A stretch of 64,000 nucleotides of DNA, taken from assembly GCF_024502345.1 (NCBI RefSeq), contig NZ_JALDNN010000001.1; one strand, 5' to 3'. Position 1 is the stretch's first letter, and every line of letters starts with the position of its first letter. Both the position numbers and the translations under genes were made by a program. The stretch comes from Escherichia coli (GTDB taxonomy: Bacteria > Pseudomonadota > Gammaproteobacteria > Enterobacterales > Enterobacteriaceae). Under the pieces are notes generated by a model. It ran no database searches. It had not been told where the DNA came from and was given only the letters and a program-made list of their open reading frames with translations. This document shows, in pieces, positions 39,710 through 53,796 of the stretch.

Positions 39710-40710
39710 TTGGGCTGTTCCTCGTTCAGAGAATTTAAAATCGGGTTAATCAAATGTTCTATCCGTAACGCATACTGACCGTTGAGGGTGCCGTACTGAC
39801 TGGTCAGTACCGGAACGCCGTCAACATGAGCGATGATGCGATCGGGTTTTTCTATCGGCAGGACGTCGCCGGGTTTCAGTTTTAAAATCTGCGACAGGCG
39901 TAGCGAGATATCGGCAAAGTTGGCGACCAACTCCAGCTGTGAATGCTGCACCTGGCGCACCAGGTTATCGCGCCAGTTCTGATCTTCATTACGCGAGTTT
40001 TCCAGCGGCGGGTTAACCAACAATTCCCGTAGCGGCTCGATCATGCTGAATGGCAGACAGATATTAAATTCGCCGGTCAGGTTGCCAATCTCCACATGGA
40101 ACGGCGTGTTAACCACAATGTCGTTCGGCGAGGTGGTGATATTGGTAAATTTCACCTGCATTTCCGAACGCACGTACTCAACTTCCAGCGGATTAATCGC
40201 CTTCCAGGCGTCGCTATAGCCTTCAAGCGCCAGCTTTAACATGCGGTTGATGACGCGCTGTTCGGTATGGGTAAACTCGCGACCTTCCACTTTGGTCGGG
40301 AAGCGTCCATCGCCGCCAAACAGGTTATCCACGGCGATAAACACCAGACTCGGTGAAAACACCACCAGCCCTGTGCCGCGCAGCGGTTTCAGATGGATAA
40401 GGTTCAGGTTGGTCGGCACCGGCAGGTTGCGGGCAAATTCATGGTACGGCTGAATGCGGATGGACCCGACGGTTATATCCGGGCTACGACGCAGCAGGTT
40501 GAACAGCCCCATACGAAAATGGCGGGCAAAGCGCTCATTAATGATTTCCAGCGCCTGCAAACGTTCGCGCACAACCCGTCGTTGGGTATTCGGATCGTAC
40601 GGACGAATGTCACTTTCGCCGCTAACACTGGCTGTCGGTTCGTCTTTGACTTCGCTGTCACCATTCAACAGCGCATCAATTTCAGCTTGAGAAAGAATAC
40701 TATCGCCCAT
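39706..40710 (-). CDS. fliM: Flagellar motor switch protein FliM
   Basis: Begins MGDSILSQAEIDALLNG (CheY-P binding motif); 334 aa. The supplied ORF has an upstream extension. Confidence 0.9.
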   Translation of the reverse strand: MGDSILSQAEIDALLNGDSEVKDEPTASVSGESDIRPYDPNTQRRVVRERLQALEIINERFARHFRMGLFNLLRRSPDITVGSIRIQPYHEFARNLPVPTNLNLIHLKPLRGTGLVVFSPSLVFIAVDNLFGGDGRFPTKVEGREFTHTEQRVINRMLKLALEGYSDAWKAINPLEVEYVRSEMQVKFTNITTSPNDIVVNTPFHVEIGNLTGEFNICLPFSMIEPLRELLVNPPLENSRNEDQNWRDNLVRQVQHSQLELVANFADISLRLSQILKLKPGDVLPIEKPDRIIAHVDGVPVLTSQYGTLNGQYALRIEHLINPILNSLNEEQPK

Positions 40711-40714
40711 GTCG

Positions 40715-41179
40715 TTATCGCAGAATAAAAGCGGTATACAGCACGTCGGTGACATCCTGTTTCGGTTGCCCGGCAACAAGCGGGGTGGAAAGCGTGGTTT
40801 TAATCTCGGCAATCAGGTTTTTCTTGCCTTCTTCTGTCGCCAGTACGGCAGCATCCTGACGCGAAAACAGTAACAGCAAACGGCTACGGACTTCCGGCAA
40901 ATACTCACTCAGCCGCGAGCGGGTAGCTTCATCTTTCAGGCGCAGGGTTATGCCGATATAAAGTACGCGATCTGCATCGCCCAGATTGACCGTAAAGGTA
41001 TCCAGCGCATAGAAGACCGGGGAGGGCACGACGCGTTGCTGCGCTTTGTCGTCAGCGGCAACCTGATGCGAATGCCAGTAGCTGTAACCTGCGCTGGCAC
41101 AGGCCGCGAGGGTAATGAATACCAGAATCGGGATCCAAAGCGATCGCTTGCTTTTCTTGCTTATCGCGTAATCAGTCAT
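40715..41179 (-). CDS. fliL: Flagellar basal-body-associated protein FliL
   Basis: 154 aa with a single N-terminal transmembrane segment. Confidence 0.9.
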   Translation of the reverse strand: MTDYAISKKSKRSLWIPILVFITLAACASAGYSYWHSHQVAADDKAQQRVVPSPVFYALDTFTVNLGDADRVLYIGITLRLKDEATRSRLSEYLPEVRSRLLLLFSRQDAAVLATEEGKKNLIAEIKTTLSTPLVAGQPKQDVTDVLYTAFILR

Positions 41180-41283
41180 GTGTTGCGGTCTTCCTGTGTC
41201 GCTACTGCTTATCGGCTAATTATCCTGCGTCTTGAGCGCAACAAAGCGGGGAAAAGACGCGGATTACGGTGCTACCTCTGACG

Positions 41284-42411
41284 TTAGGCGAAAATATCAA
41301 CGCCGCTGTTGCCTGTTACACGTACTTGTAAAGAGACGGGAACCGGAAGCGTATCGTCGTCTTCCCCCGCCAGAGGTTCATGGTTTGCTGTGCGTTGGCT
41401 TTGCTGTTGCTGGGAAGCGGCCTGCTGCTGACCACTAAAGCTTTCGCCACTGATGTTGCTTTGCCCTAACTGAATGCCACTTTCGGCCAGCTGCGTTCGC
41501 AGTACCGGAAGCGCTGCTTCCAGGGCGGCGCGTACGTGTTGATGCGGTGAAACCATCTGGATTTGCGCCTGGTTATCATCCACTTTGAGGGAGATTTGCA
41601 CTTCACCTAAATCCTGCGGGTGCAGACGCAACTCTGCACTTTGTTGCCCCTGGCGGGTGAACAGCGAAATATGCTGGCTTAATGATTGTTGCCATTCGTG
41701 AGAACCCAGCGGTGCACTCAACACAGGCGCGGCGACGGTGGGCAGTGGCTGTGTCTGGTGTGGAGTGATTAGCGGGCTGGCGGCAGCGGTCACCGGTGAA
41801 GGTGTGCTGATGACTTCCGCTTTACCCTGGGCTTCTGCTACCAGCGGTGTTAATGGCTGAGCTGGCGTGCCGGGGGCATCATCAGGCTGTGCTGTTGTGA
41901 GTTGCGCAGAAGTCAGTTTTGTGAAGAGCGTTGGTTTCTCTGCCGGTAACACGGTTGACGGCACATCAGTCACTTTGGGCGTATTGTCAAAACCCGGCAA
42001 CATCGCAAAAAGGGCGCTCAGGCTTGCGGTGACGTCTTCATTCAGATCATCCGCTTTTTCGTCTTTTGCCGTATTGTTGCCAGCCACCGCAGCCAACGTC
42101 ATCGTTTGAGCGGTGGTTAATGGTGTTGATGTGGATTGTTCGTCGTTGATGACAGGCGGTGTTTCATCCACAGGGATCAGTAAATCCGCTTGTTGCGCAT
42201 CGGCAAGAATCTCGCTGACCAGCGGCTCGCCTTTTGTCGTGGGCTTATCTGTTGCCACCAGCAACTGGGGGGCCGCTTTGTCGGTAGTTGTCTCGCCTGC
42301 TAATGCTTCGCTCAACAACGCGAGAAAATCTTGTGCAGCATCGCTGGCTTTGCCGCCAGGCAATGTGGTGGTGTCAACGTCGGCGGTAATTAAGGGCGCT
42401 AAGCGAATCAT
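41284..42411 (-). CDS. fliK: Flagellar hook-length control protein FliK
   Basis: 375 aa, Pro/Gln/Thr-rich central region and conserved C-terminal domain. Confidence 0.9.
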   Translation of the reverse strand: MIRLAPLITADVDTTTLPGGKASDAAQDFLALLSEALAGETTTDKAAPQLLVATDKPTTKGEPLVSEILADAQQADLLIPVDETPPVINDEQSTSTPLTTAQTMTLAAVAGNNTAKDEKADDLNEDVTASLSALFAMLPGFDNTPKVTDVPSTVLPAEKPTLFTKLTSAQLTTAQPDDAPGTPAQPLTPLVAEAQGKAEVISTPSPVTAAASPLITPHQTQPLPTVAAPVLSAPLGSHEWQQSLSQHISLFTRQGQQSAELRLHPQDLGEVQISLKVDDNQAQIQMVSPHQHVRAALEAALPVLRTQLAESGIQLGQSNISGESFSGQQQAASQQQQSQRTANHEPLAGEDDDTLPVPVSLQVRVTGNSGVDIFA

Positions 42412-42851
42412 TCAGGTTTCCTCATGGCGGCGCGCTGGGCGAACTCATCCATCTTTTTCTGATCGAGGCGGTTTTCTGCAAGCAGTGCCGCCGTGGATTG
42501 CCGTTCCTGCAGTGTCTGCCAGGCCTGCAAACGTTGTTTCTTTTCTCGCCAGCTGTTCAGGGCAATGTCAACTTTCTGCGTCCACTGATTAAGTTGCTGG
42601 CGATGCTGAGTAATGGCTTTTTCCAGCGTCTGGATAAACTGCTGATAGTTGATCCAGCGGTTGCTGGTCATCCCGGCACTCATATCGCTGTTGAGGTTAT
42701 TGCGATATTCATTCTGATAATCGATCAGCATTTTGAGCTGTTCTTCCGCCTGCTGACACCCGCGACGCATTTCACCCAGCAGGCGCGCGGCATCCTCTAC
42801 CTCTTTTTCTGCCAGATCTTTCAGGGTCGCCAGCGCGCCATGTTCTGCCAT
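42408..42851 (-). CDS. fliJ: Flagellar export chaperone FliJ
   Basis: 147 aa, predicted coiled coil. Confidence 0.9.
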   Translation of the reverse strand: MAEHGALATLKDLAEKEVEDAARLLGEMRRGCQQAEEQLKMLIDYQNEYRNNLNSDMSAGMTSNRWINYQQFIQTLEKAITQHRQQLNQWTQKVDIALNSWREKKQRLQAWQTLQERQSTAALLAENRLDQKKMDEFAQRAAMRKPE

Positions 42852-42869
42852 CTGCCGTTATCTCCTGGG

Positions 42870-44242
42870 TTATGACACTGTCGGGAAAATACGCTTCAGC
42901 CCCTGGAGAGACGCTTCCCAGTCCGCGCGTTCAAAAATGCCTTGTTGCAAATAGCCCTCCAGCTGCGGCCACAGGGCGATGGCTTTGTCGAGCATCGGAT
43001 CGCTGCCTTTGGCATACGCGCCGACGCTAACCAGATCGCGGTTACGCTGAAAACTCGACAACAGCTGTTTGAAGGTGCGCACTCGCGCGTAATGTTGCTC
43101 ACTGATCAACGCCGTCATTGCGCGGCTGATCGACGCTTCAATATCGATAGCCGGATAGTGCCCGGCTTCCGCCAGTCGGCGAGACAGCACAATGTGACCG
43201 TCGAGGATTGCCCGCGCAGAGTCGGCAATGGGGTCCTGCTGGTCATCGCCTTCAGTGAGCACGGTATAAAACGCGGTAATCGATCCGCCGCCGCTAATGC
43301 CATTTCCGGCACGCTCGACCAGTGCCGGTAATTTGGCAAACACCGACGGGGGATAACCTTTAGTGGCGGGTGGTTCGCCAATCGCCAGCGCAATTTCACG
43401 CTGGGCCATCGCGTAGCGGGTGAGGGAGTCCATAATCAGCAACACATGCTGACCACGATCGCGAAAATCTTCGGCAATGCGCGTGGCATAGGCGGCACCC
43501 TGCATTCGCAGGAGAGGAGAAACATCCGCCGGAGCGGCAATCACCACGGAGCGTGCACGCCCTTCGGCACCGAGGATATTCTCAATAAAATCTTTTACTT
43601 CGCGTCCGCGTTCACCAATCAAACCCACGACAATGACATCGGCGCGGGTGTAACGTGCCATCATCCCCAGCAGCACACTTTTACCAACGCCGGACCCGGC
43701 AAACAGCCCCATACGCTGCCCACGCCCAACGGTAAGCAGGGCATTGATTGGGCGCACGCCGGTGTCCAGCACATGTTCAATCGGTGTACGTTGCAACGGG
43801 TTAAATGGCGGGGTAATCAGCGCACCGGTTTCCGTCGTATCGGGGGAGGGCAGGCCATCGAGTGGCTTACCGCTGCCGTCCAGAACGCGACCTAATAACG
43901 CCGGACCGAGCGGCAACTGCTTGCTGCTTTGCAGTCCTTCAGCCGAAATGTTTTTGGCATAAACCCGCGCGCCGGGCAGGACACCTTCCACTTCCTCCAG
44001 CGGCATTAAAAACAGCCGTTGACCGTTAAAGCCAACGACTTCGCTTTCTACTTCGTGCGTTTCGCTGCCGTTCTGGCGTTCAATGACACAGGTTGCGCCG
44101 AGCGGCAATTGTAATCCGGTGGCTTCCAGCACCAGCCCGGTAGCGCGGGTTAATCGCCCATAGCGACGTACCGCAGGCAACTGCGCCATTTTGGCTTCAA
44201 AGTTATCCAGCGTGGTTAGCCAGCGAGTCAGGCGCGTGGTCA

Positions 44243-44243
<1 letters not shown>
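42870..44243 (-). CDS. fliI: Flagellum-specific ATPase FliI
   Basis: Walker A (GSGVGKS) and F1/T3SS-ATPase-like sequence; 457 aa. Confidence 0.95.
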
Positions 44244-47568
<3,325 letters not shown>

Positions 47569-47782
47569 CGCGCACCTCGTGGCTGATTATGGACGGCGTT
47601 ATTGGCAAAGTGGAACAAGACTCACTCCCGGGTCAGCAAACTCGAAAAATTGACGCTGCCATTATTTGTGCTTTCGTTTTTTTCTATCCGCCAATAAACC
47701 CGTTTTTTTGTTGCTATTTAGCGCCTTTGTCTTATTGACTTACTGGTAGGCTTTGCTACCAGAAATTATCCAGGAGACGAAA

Positions 47783-48097
47783 ATGTCAGCGATACAGGGG
47801 ATTGAAGGGGTTATCAGCCAGTTACAGGCTACGGCGATGAGTGCGCGTGCGCAGGATTCACTGCCGCAACCGACCATTAGTTTTGCCGGGCAGCTGCACG
47901 CCGCGCTCGATCGCATTAGCGATACACAAACAGCTGCCCGCACGCAGGCAGAAAAATTCACCCTCGGTGAACCCGGCGTGGCGTTAAACGATGTGATGAC
48001 CGATATGCAAAAAGCCTCAGTTTCTATGCAAATGGGGATTCAGGTGCGTAATAAGCTGGTGGCGGCGTATCAGGAAGTGATGTCCATGCAGGTGTAG
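47783..48097 (+). CDS. fliE: Flagellar hook-basal body protein FliE
   Basis: 104 aa beginning [24 protein letters not shown]; transcribed divergently from fliF. Confidence 0.9.
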
Positions 48098-48299
48098 GTT
48101 TTGTAACCTGTTGTTAATTACTTCCAATCTCACCGCTTGGGGCATGGATGGGGCAAACTCACTCAATTTCTGGTTTAAAATGGATACCTGATCCTGAAAG
48201 TTTTCTGCCATCCACGATCCGTAAACGCGATAACATGTTTTGTCGGTGATGCTGCCAACTTACTGATTTAGTGTATGATGGTGTTTTTGAGGTGCTCCA

Positions 48300-48575
48300 G
48301 TGGCTTCTGTTTCTATCAGCTGTCCCTCCTGTTCAGCTACTGACGGGGTGGTGCGTAACGGCAAAAGCACCGCCGGACATCAGCGCTATCTCTGCTCTCA
48401 CTGCCGTAAAACATGGCAACTGCAGTTCACTTACACCGCTTCTCAACCCGGTACGCACCAGAAAATCATTGATATGGCCATGAATGGCGTTGGATGCCGG
48501 GCAACCGCCCGCATTATGGGCGTTGGCCTCAACACGATTTTCCGCCATTTAAAAAACTCAGGCCGCAGTCGGTAA
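48300..48575 (+). CDS. insA: IS1 InsA
   Basis: Translation identical to the copy A InsA. Confidence 0.95.
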   Translation: MASVSISCPSCSATDGVVRNGKSTAGHQRYLCSHCRKTWQLQFTYTASQPGTHQKIIDMAMNGVGCRATARIMGVGLNTIFRHLKNSGRSR

Positions 48576-48997
48576 CCTCGCGCATACAGCCGGGCAGTGA
48601 CGTCATCGTCTGCGCGGAAATGGACGAACAGTGGGGATACGTCGGGGCTAAATCGCGCCAGCGCTGGCTGTTTTACGCGTATGACAGGCTCCGGAAGACG
48701 GTTGTTGCGCACGTATTCGGTGAACGCACTATGGCGACGCTGGGGCGTCTTATGAGCCTGCTGTCACCCTTTGACGTGGTGATATGGATGACGGATGGCT
48801 GGCCGCTGTATGAATCCCGCCTGAAGGGAAAGCTGCACGTAATCAGCAAGCGATATACGCAGCGAATTGAGCGGCATAACCTGAATCTGAGGCAGCACCT
48901 GGCACGGCTGGGACGGAAGTCGCTGTCGTTCTCAAAATCGGTGGAGCTGCATGACAAAGTCATCGGGCATTATCTGAACATAAAACACTATCAATAA
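48494..48997 (+). CDS. insB: IS1 InsB'
   Basis: Identical to copy A except for one residue. Confidence 0.9.
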   Translation: MPGNRPHYGRWPQHDFPPFKKLRPQSVTSRIQPGSDVIVCAEMDEQWGYVGAKSRQRWLFYAYDRLRKTVVAHVFGERTMATLGRLMSLLSPFDVVIWMTDGWPLYESRLKGKLHVISKRYTQRIERHNLNLRQHLARLGRKSLSFSKSVELHDKVIGHYLNIKHYQ

Positions 48998-49208
48998 GTT
49001 GGAGTCATTACCTTGCGTAAGATAGATGAGACAAACTGAGACGCATAATGGTTTGCAAGGCTCTAATACTTTGATGTTGAGGATGTGATGGGGCATGTAC
49101 GGGGCATAGTACAATGATGTCCATGCTGGTGTAGATAATCTCCAGGCTTATCCGGTGCGCCGTAAAACCCCGTCCTTCAGGGCAGGGATATAAGGCGTGG
49201 TTTTCCAC

Positions 49209-49640
49209 CTAACCAGGTGTTTGCTGTTGTTCAATGTATTGGCGGATGACGGATATTGGCGCACCTCCGCAGCTACTGGCAAAATAGCCAGCACTCCACA
49301 AAACGCCTTTGTAGTAATACCTGACTGCAATATCTGGTCGATCTCGTCGCAGTCACCTACCCGATACGCCTTTGAGGCTGTTTACCAGACTGGATATCGC
49401 CAGTTTGGGAGGATAGTTAATTAACAAATGGACGTGATCTGGTTCGCCATCCATTTCAACCAGTTCAGCTTCAAAATCAGCACATACATTTGAAAAGTAA
49501 GTGCGTAGTTTTTCTGTCGCGTCATGGTCAAAAATCTGACGTCGGTATCTGGTGACAAAGACCAGGTGAACATGCATCAGGAAAACACAATGCCTTCCAC
49601 GCCGGATATCGGTTTCTTTTTTCACAGACCAAAGTATCAT
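49209..49640 (-). pseudogene. tnpA: IS200-type Y1 (HuH) transposase TnpA, interrupted by an in-frame TGA
   Basis: HuH motif (HVHLL) in the first 95 codons. After TGA at 49353-49355 the same frame continues with ...LWSAGYFASSCGGAPISVIRQYIEQQ, the typical TnpA C-terminus. Confidence 0.75.
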
Positions 49641-49647
49641 TTGGCCT

Positions 49648-50856
49648 GTGAAACGACTACAAGCATTTAAATTCCAGTTAAGACCCGGTGGTCAACAGGA
49701 GCGTGAAATGAGGCGCTTCGCAGGCGCATGTCGTTTCGTTTTCAATCGTGCTCTGGCACGTCAGAATGAGAATCATGAGGCCGGTAATAAATACATCCCT
49801 TACGGGAAAATGGCTTCCTGGCTGGTTGAGTGGAAAAATGCCACTGAAACGCAATGGCTTAAAGATGCCCCGTCACAGCCATTGCAACAGTCACTGAAAG
49901 ACCTTGAGCGGGCTTACAAAAACTTCTTCCAGAATCGGGCTGCTTTTCCCCGATTCAAAAAGCGGGGACAGAATGATGTATTCCGCTACCCGCAGGGCGT
50001 TAAGCTCGATCAGGAAAACAGCCGTATTTTTCTGCCGAAACTGGGCTGGATGCGCTACCGGAACAGCCGTCAGGTCACGGGTGTTGTGAAAAATGTCACT
50101 GTCAGCCAGTCCTGCGGTAAGTGGTACATCAGTATTCAGACAGAAAGTGAAGTATCAACTCCGGTTCACCCTTCAGCATCAATGGTCGGGCTGGATGCTG
50201 GCGTGGCTAAACTCGCCACGCTGTCAGATGGCACAGTCTTTGAGCCTGTAAACAGTTTTCAGAAAAACCAGAAGAAGCTGGCGAGACTTCAGCGACAGTT
50301 AAGCCGCAAGGTCAAATTCAGCAACAACTGGCAGAAGCAGAAACGCAAAATACAGCGACTGCATTCCTGTATCGCAAATATCCGCAGGGACTACCTTCAC
50401 AAAGTCACAACGACCGTCAGCAAAAACCACGCAATGATAGTCATTGAGGATTTGAAGGTCAGCAACATGTCAAAGTCAGCAGCGGGTACGGTCAGCCAGC
50501 CGGGGCGCAATGTCCGGGCAAAATCAGGTTTAAACCGTTCGATACTGGATCAGGGCTGGTATGAAATGCGCCGCCAGCTTGAGTACAAGCAGCTCTGGCG
50601 TGGCGGTCAGGTGCTTGCTGTTCCGCCAGCGTACACAAGCCAGCGTTGCGCGTGCTGTGGTCATACAGCGAAAGAAAACCGCCTGTCACAAAGTAAATTC
50701 AGATGCCAGGTATGTGGATATACAGCGAACGCCGATGTAAATGGCGCTCGTAACATTTTAGCGGCGGGGCACGCCGTTCTTGCCTGTGGAGAGATGGTGC
50801 AGTCAGGCCGCCCGTTGAAGCAGGAACCCACCGAAATGATTCAGGCGACAGCCTGA
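49648..50856 (+). CDS. tnpB: TnpB (OrfB) RNA-guided endonuclease, Cas12 ancestor (OMEGA-type)
   Basis: 402 aa with a RuvC-like core and a C-terminal zinc finger (CxxC...CxxC: QRCACCGH...[18 protein letters not shown]). Confidence 0.85.
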   Translation: MKRLQAFKFQLRPGGQQEREMRRFAGACRFVFNRALARQNENHEAGNKYIPYGKMASWLVEWKNATETQWLKDAPSQPLQQSLKDLERAYKNFFQNRAAFPRFKKRGQNDVFRYPQGVKLDQENSRIFLPKLGWMRYRNSRQVTGVVKNVTVSQSCGKWYISIQTESEVSTPVHPSASMVGLDAGVAKLATLSDGTVFEPVNSFQKNQKKLARLQRQLSRKVKFSNNWQKQKRKIQRLHSCIANIRRDYLHKVTTTVSKNHAMIVIEDLKVSNMSKSAAGTVSQPGRNVRAKSGLNRSILDQGWYEMRRQLEYKQLWRGGQVLAVPPAYTSQRCACCGHTAKENRLSQSKFRCQVCGYTANADVNGARNILAAGHAVLACGEMVQSGRPLKQEPTEMIQATA

Positions 50857-50895
50857 ACGTAGCAGGGATCCTCGTCCTTCAGGGCGTGGAGGATG

Positions 50896-51621
50896 TCAAC
50901 AAACAGGTTGAATTAACTCCGCGCCCTGGTTTTTGACATTACCTACCGCGCGCGATACCGGGTGCCAGGTGAACTGGTTTGCTGGCACACAGCCGTTGGT
51001 AGCAATTTCTGATGCTTCTTTACCGCCAATCTCTTGCCGCATCCATTCCTGTGCAGCTTCTGGCGACAGAACCAGCGGGCGGCGGTCATGAATGTCTACC
51101 AGACCCTGGTCTGCTGCAGCAGTGACAATTAAAAATCCTTCGGCTTCGTCACCACGCTCAAATGGTGTGCTACCTATCGCGGCCATAAAAATAGGTTGTC
51201 CATCAGCACGATAGATAAAAAAAGGCTGTTTTTTGTCGCCTTCTTTTTTCCACTCAAACCAGCCATCGGCAAAACAGATTGCCCGACCATGTTGCCAGAG
51301 CGGTTTAAACATGCGACTGGTTGCGGCAGTTTCTACGCGGGCGTTAATCAGCGGCGGTTTATCCCACCATCCGGGAGCATATCCCCAGAAAACCGGATCC
51401 AGATGAAGGTGTTCATCACGTTCACTGAGCAGAAGAACTTTGGTTCCCGGCGCGACGTTGTATCTGCCAATGGGTTCGGGATCGTAGGGAATATCGCGTT
51501 CAATATCTTCCGCGAGAAGCGCAAGGTAATCTTCACGCGAGGGAATATCGCGTTCAATATCTTCCGCGAGAAGCGCAAGGTAATCTTCACGCGTTTGGGA
51601 TTGGGCAAAGCGTCCACACAT
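50896..51621 (-). CDS. yedK: SOS-response-associated peptidase (SRAP; abasic-site DNA-protein crosslinking) YedK, with an 18-aa internal duplication
   Basis: Begins MCGRFAQSQTREDYLALLAEDIERDIP. The segment SREDYLALLAEDIERDIP occurs twice in tandem; the remainder matches remembered YedK. Confidence 0.85.
   Translation of the reverse strand: MCGRFAQSQTREDYLALLAEDIERDIPSREDYLALLAEDIERDIPYDPEPIGRYNVAPGTKVLLLSERDEHLHLDPVFWGYAPGWWDKPPLINARVETAATSRMFKPLWQHGRAICFADGWFEWKKEGDKKQPFFIYRADGQPIFMAAIGSTPFERGDEAEGFLIVTAAADQGLVDIHDRRPLVLSPEAAQEWMRQEIGGKEASEIATNGCVPANQFTWHPVSRAVGNVKNQGAELIQPVC
51486..51593. repeat. Perfect 54-bp tandem duplication (two units) inside yedK
   Basis: AGGGAATATCGCGTTCAATATCTTCCGCGAGAAGCGCAAGGTAATCTTCACGCG appears twice back to back; the result stays in frame. 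Confidence 0.9.
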
Positions 51622-51727
51622 AGAAACCTCCTGAGATCATACTGAAAAGAATAGGAGAGGGGGCGGGTAAAATCTATGTGTCAGAGGCAACGATGTTCCC
51701 GCTGTGGGTCACAGCGGGAATGAGGGA

Positions 51728-51961
51728 TTACTTCTGAATTAAATAACGAATGGTCGGCCCGTCTTGCTGAATATCCAGCACCGTATAGCCGTGATTACGC
51801 GCATCCAGTGGAATATTATTGATCGACTGCGGACAGTCGCTCACCACTTCCAGGATTTCCCCTTTTTTTAACTGCGGCATCGCCTCAAGGGTTGCGACTG
51901 CCGGATAAGGGCAGGGTTCACCCACCATATCAAGGCGGTAATCAGGAACGATATTTTTCAT
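51728..51961 (-). CDS. yedF: TusA-like sulfurtransferase family protein
   Basis: 77 aa with a CPxP motif (MVGEPCPYP). Confidence 0.85.
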   Translation of the reverse strand: MKNIVPDYRLDMVGEPCPYPAVATLEAMPQLKKGEILEVVSDCPQSINNIPLDARNHGYTVLDIQQDGPTIRYLIQK

Positions 51962-53163
51962 GCGATCTCCTTAGCAGTCTGCGGTGCCGCACGGCGGAAG
52001 AAGCGTTTTTCCCAGCCGATAATCAACATCAGCGCAGCAAACAACAGCAAATATGTCACCAGCAGGCCACCCATCGGACCAAAGGTTTTCAGCAGGTTGA
52101 TTTTGTCCCAGTCGGTGGCCAGCGCCGGAGCGAAATCATCCCAGTAATACGCCAGAATCGTTGAGCCGATCACATTGCCCAGACCGACCCACCAGTAGTG
52201 CACCTGGCCTTCTACCGCGCGGTACATCCAGCCGGTTTCGCAGCCGCCAGCCAGCACGATGCCAAAACCAAACAGTAAACCACCAATTACCGCGTTTGGT
52301 CCCGCCCACATAATTTTGGGTTCAACGCCTAACTGTACGTAACTGAAGATCCCGATGGCACTCACCGCCATACCAATAATGATTGCTTTCGCCATATGGG
52401 TACGTCCGGTGATCCACATATCGCGGAACGCCGAAGTAAAGCAGATTTGCGCACGTTCAATCAGTAAACCAAAGCCGACGCCAAACAGCATTGCCAGCCC
52501 CAGTTTGGGTTGGTTCATCGCTGTGAGCAGCGCCCAGCCCAGCATGCCGAAAAAGACCAGCATCCCGAGACGAAAACGACGCCGCGCCTGATCCGGTTTT
52601 TGCGTCAGCGGTGAGGCGGCAGAAACTTTCTGCATTTTCACGGGAATACGGAAGATGGGCAGCAGGGTAAAGCGCGCGCCAAACCATGAACCAATGGCAG
52701 TGGCGATGGCAAAGAACCAGGCATGCAGCGAGAACTGAGGAATACCGGTAAAGAACGCCGCCAGGTTACAGCCCATTGCCAGACGCGCGCCAAAACCGGC
52801 GATAATGCCGCCAATGATGGCCTGCATAATGCGGATACGGCTGCGCGGCATTCGCAGTTTGACATTGTTGGCCCACAGCGCTGCGGCAAAGCAGCCGCCA
52901 AACATACCGAGGATCATCATCCCGTCGATGCGGGTTAATGGCGATCCTTCCAGATGGATAATTTTAAAGTAACCCCACTCTTCAGCATGGACGCCGAACA
53001 GTTGCAGGAGCTGGCCGCCCCAACGGGTAAATTCACCCGTGACAGCCCAAAAAGTGCCAGTAATGCCAAAATAGTAAGTGGAGAGAATACCCGCCGCGAT
53101 GACCGCGGGGATGGGCGCCCAGAATTTAATCAACCAGGAGTGTTTGAATTGCTGCCATGACAT
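51958..53163 (-). CDS. yedE: YedE/YeeE-family membrane transporter (selenium/sulfur-compound related)
   Basis: 401-aa polytopic membrane protein; its 3' end overlaps the yedF start. Confidence 0.85.
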   Translation of the reverse strand: MSWQQFKHSWLIKFWAPIPAVIAAGILSTYYFGITGTFWAVTGEFTRWGGQLLQLFGVHAEEWGYFKIIHLEGSPLTRIDGMMILGMFGGCFAAALWANNVKLRMPRSRIRIMQAIIGGIIAGFGARLAMGCNLAAFFTGIPQFSLHAWFFAIATAIGSWFGARFTLLPIFRIPVKMQKVSAASPLTQKPDQARRRFRLGMLVFFGMLGWALLTAMNQPKLGLAMLFGVGFGLLIERAQICFTSAFRDMWITGRTHMAKAIIIGMAVSAIGIFSYVQLGVEPKIMWAGPNAVIGGLLFGFGIVLAGGCETGWMYRAVEGQVHYWWVGLGNVIGSTILAYYWDDFAPALATDWDKINLLKTFGPMGGLLVTYLLLFAALMLIIGWEKRFFRRAAPQTAKEIA

Positions 53164-53346
53164 GAATGTAGCCTCTGAACTCAGAAGGTTTGAAACAAGA
53201 GTCGCGAATCATACACCATGCAAATTTATTTTCGGGGTAATAATTCACAAAAATAATAGTTAGATCAAATTTCTCTCTGAACCTGGAAAGGCTGGCGACA
53301 TCAGGGCTTTAATGCCACAATCCTCTTTTCTTCTCATGCAGGACGA

Positions 53347-53763
53347 ATGATGAAAAAACTCGCAATTGCAGGCGCGCTCATGTTGCTGGCGGGCTGTGCC
53401 GAAGTCGAAAACTATAACAATGTCGTGAAAACCCCCGCGCCGGACTGGCTGGCGGGCTACTGGCAGACCAAAGGGCCGCAACGTGCGCTGGTCAGCCCGG
53501 AAGCGATAGGCAGCCTGATTGTCACTAAAGAGGGCGATACCCTGGATTGCCGTCAGTGGCAGCGGGTGATTGCCGTGCCGGGTAAGTTGACATTGATGTC
53601 TGATGATCTCACTAACGTTACCGTAAAACGTGAGCTGTACGAGGTTGAGCGTGACGGTAACACCATTGAGTACGATGGTATGACGATGGAGCGTGTGGAT
53701 CGCCCGACAGCAGAGTGTGCCGCCGCGCTGGATAAAGCGCCGTTACCGACGCCACTGCCGTAA
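53347..53763 (+). CDS. yedD: Lipoprotein YedD
   Basis: Lipobox (LLAGC) after the signal peptide; 138 aa. Confidence 0.8.
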   Translation: MMKKLAIAGALMLLAGCAEVENYNNVVKTPAPDWLAGYWQTKGPQRALVSPEAIGSLIVTKEGDTLDCRQWQRVIAVPGKLTLMSDDLTNVTVKRELYEVERDGNTIEYDGMTMERVDRPTAECAAALDKAPLPTPLP

Positions 53764-53796
53764 TGAAATCTCCCCGGCTTGCCGCCGGGGATGAAT

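Larger units (their letters stand above)
48245..49012 (+). mobile_element. IS1 copy B (768 bp)
   Basis: Same ends and ORFs as copy A, with one nucleotide difference (InsB' N7H). Same orientation as copy A. No target-site duplication. Confidence 0.95.
49150..50895 (+). mobile_element. IS200/IS605-family element (tnpA-tnpB type); boundaries approximate
   Basis: Divergent tnpA and tnpB. Similar subterminal motifs containing CGTCCTTCAGGGC near both ends (about 49176-49188 and 50873-50885), consistent with the left- and right-end hairpins that TnpA recognises. Confidence 0.7.

Noticed and set aside
48017-48211. 64-aa minus-strand ORF between fliE and IS1 copy B
   Set aside because: Its second half is antisense to the fliE 3' end and it has no recognisable homology. 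Probably spurious, or a remnant of whatever originally lay downstream of fliE.
50896-50910. Possibility that the IS605-family right end supplies the final codon and stop of yedK
   Set aside because: This would need the exact element boundary and a reference yedK 3' end; I cannot establish either from the sequence alone.
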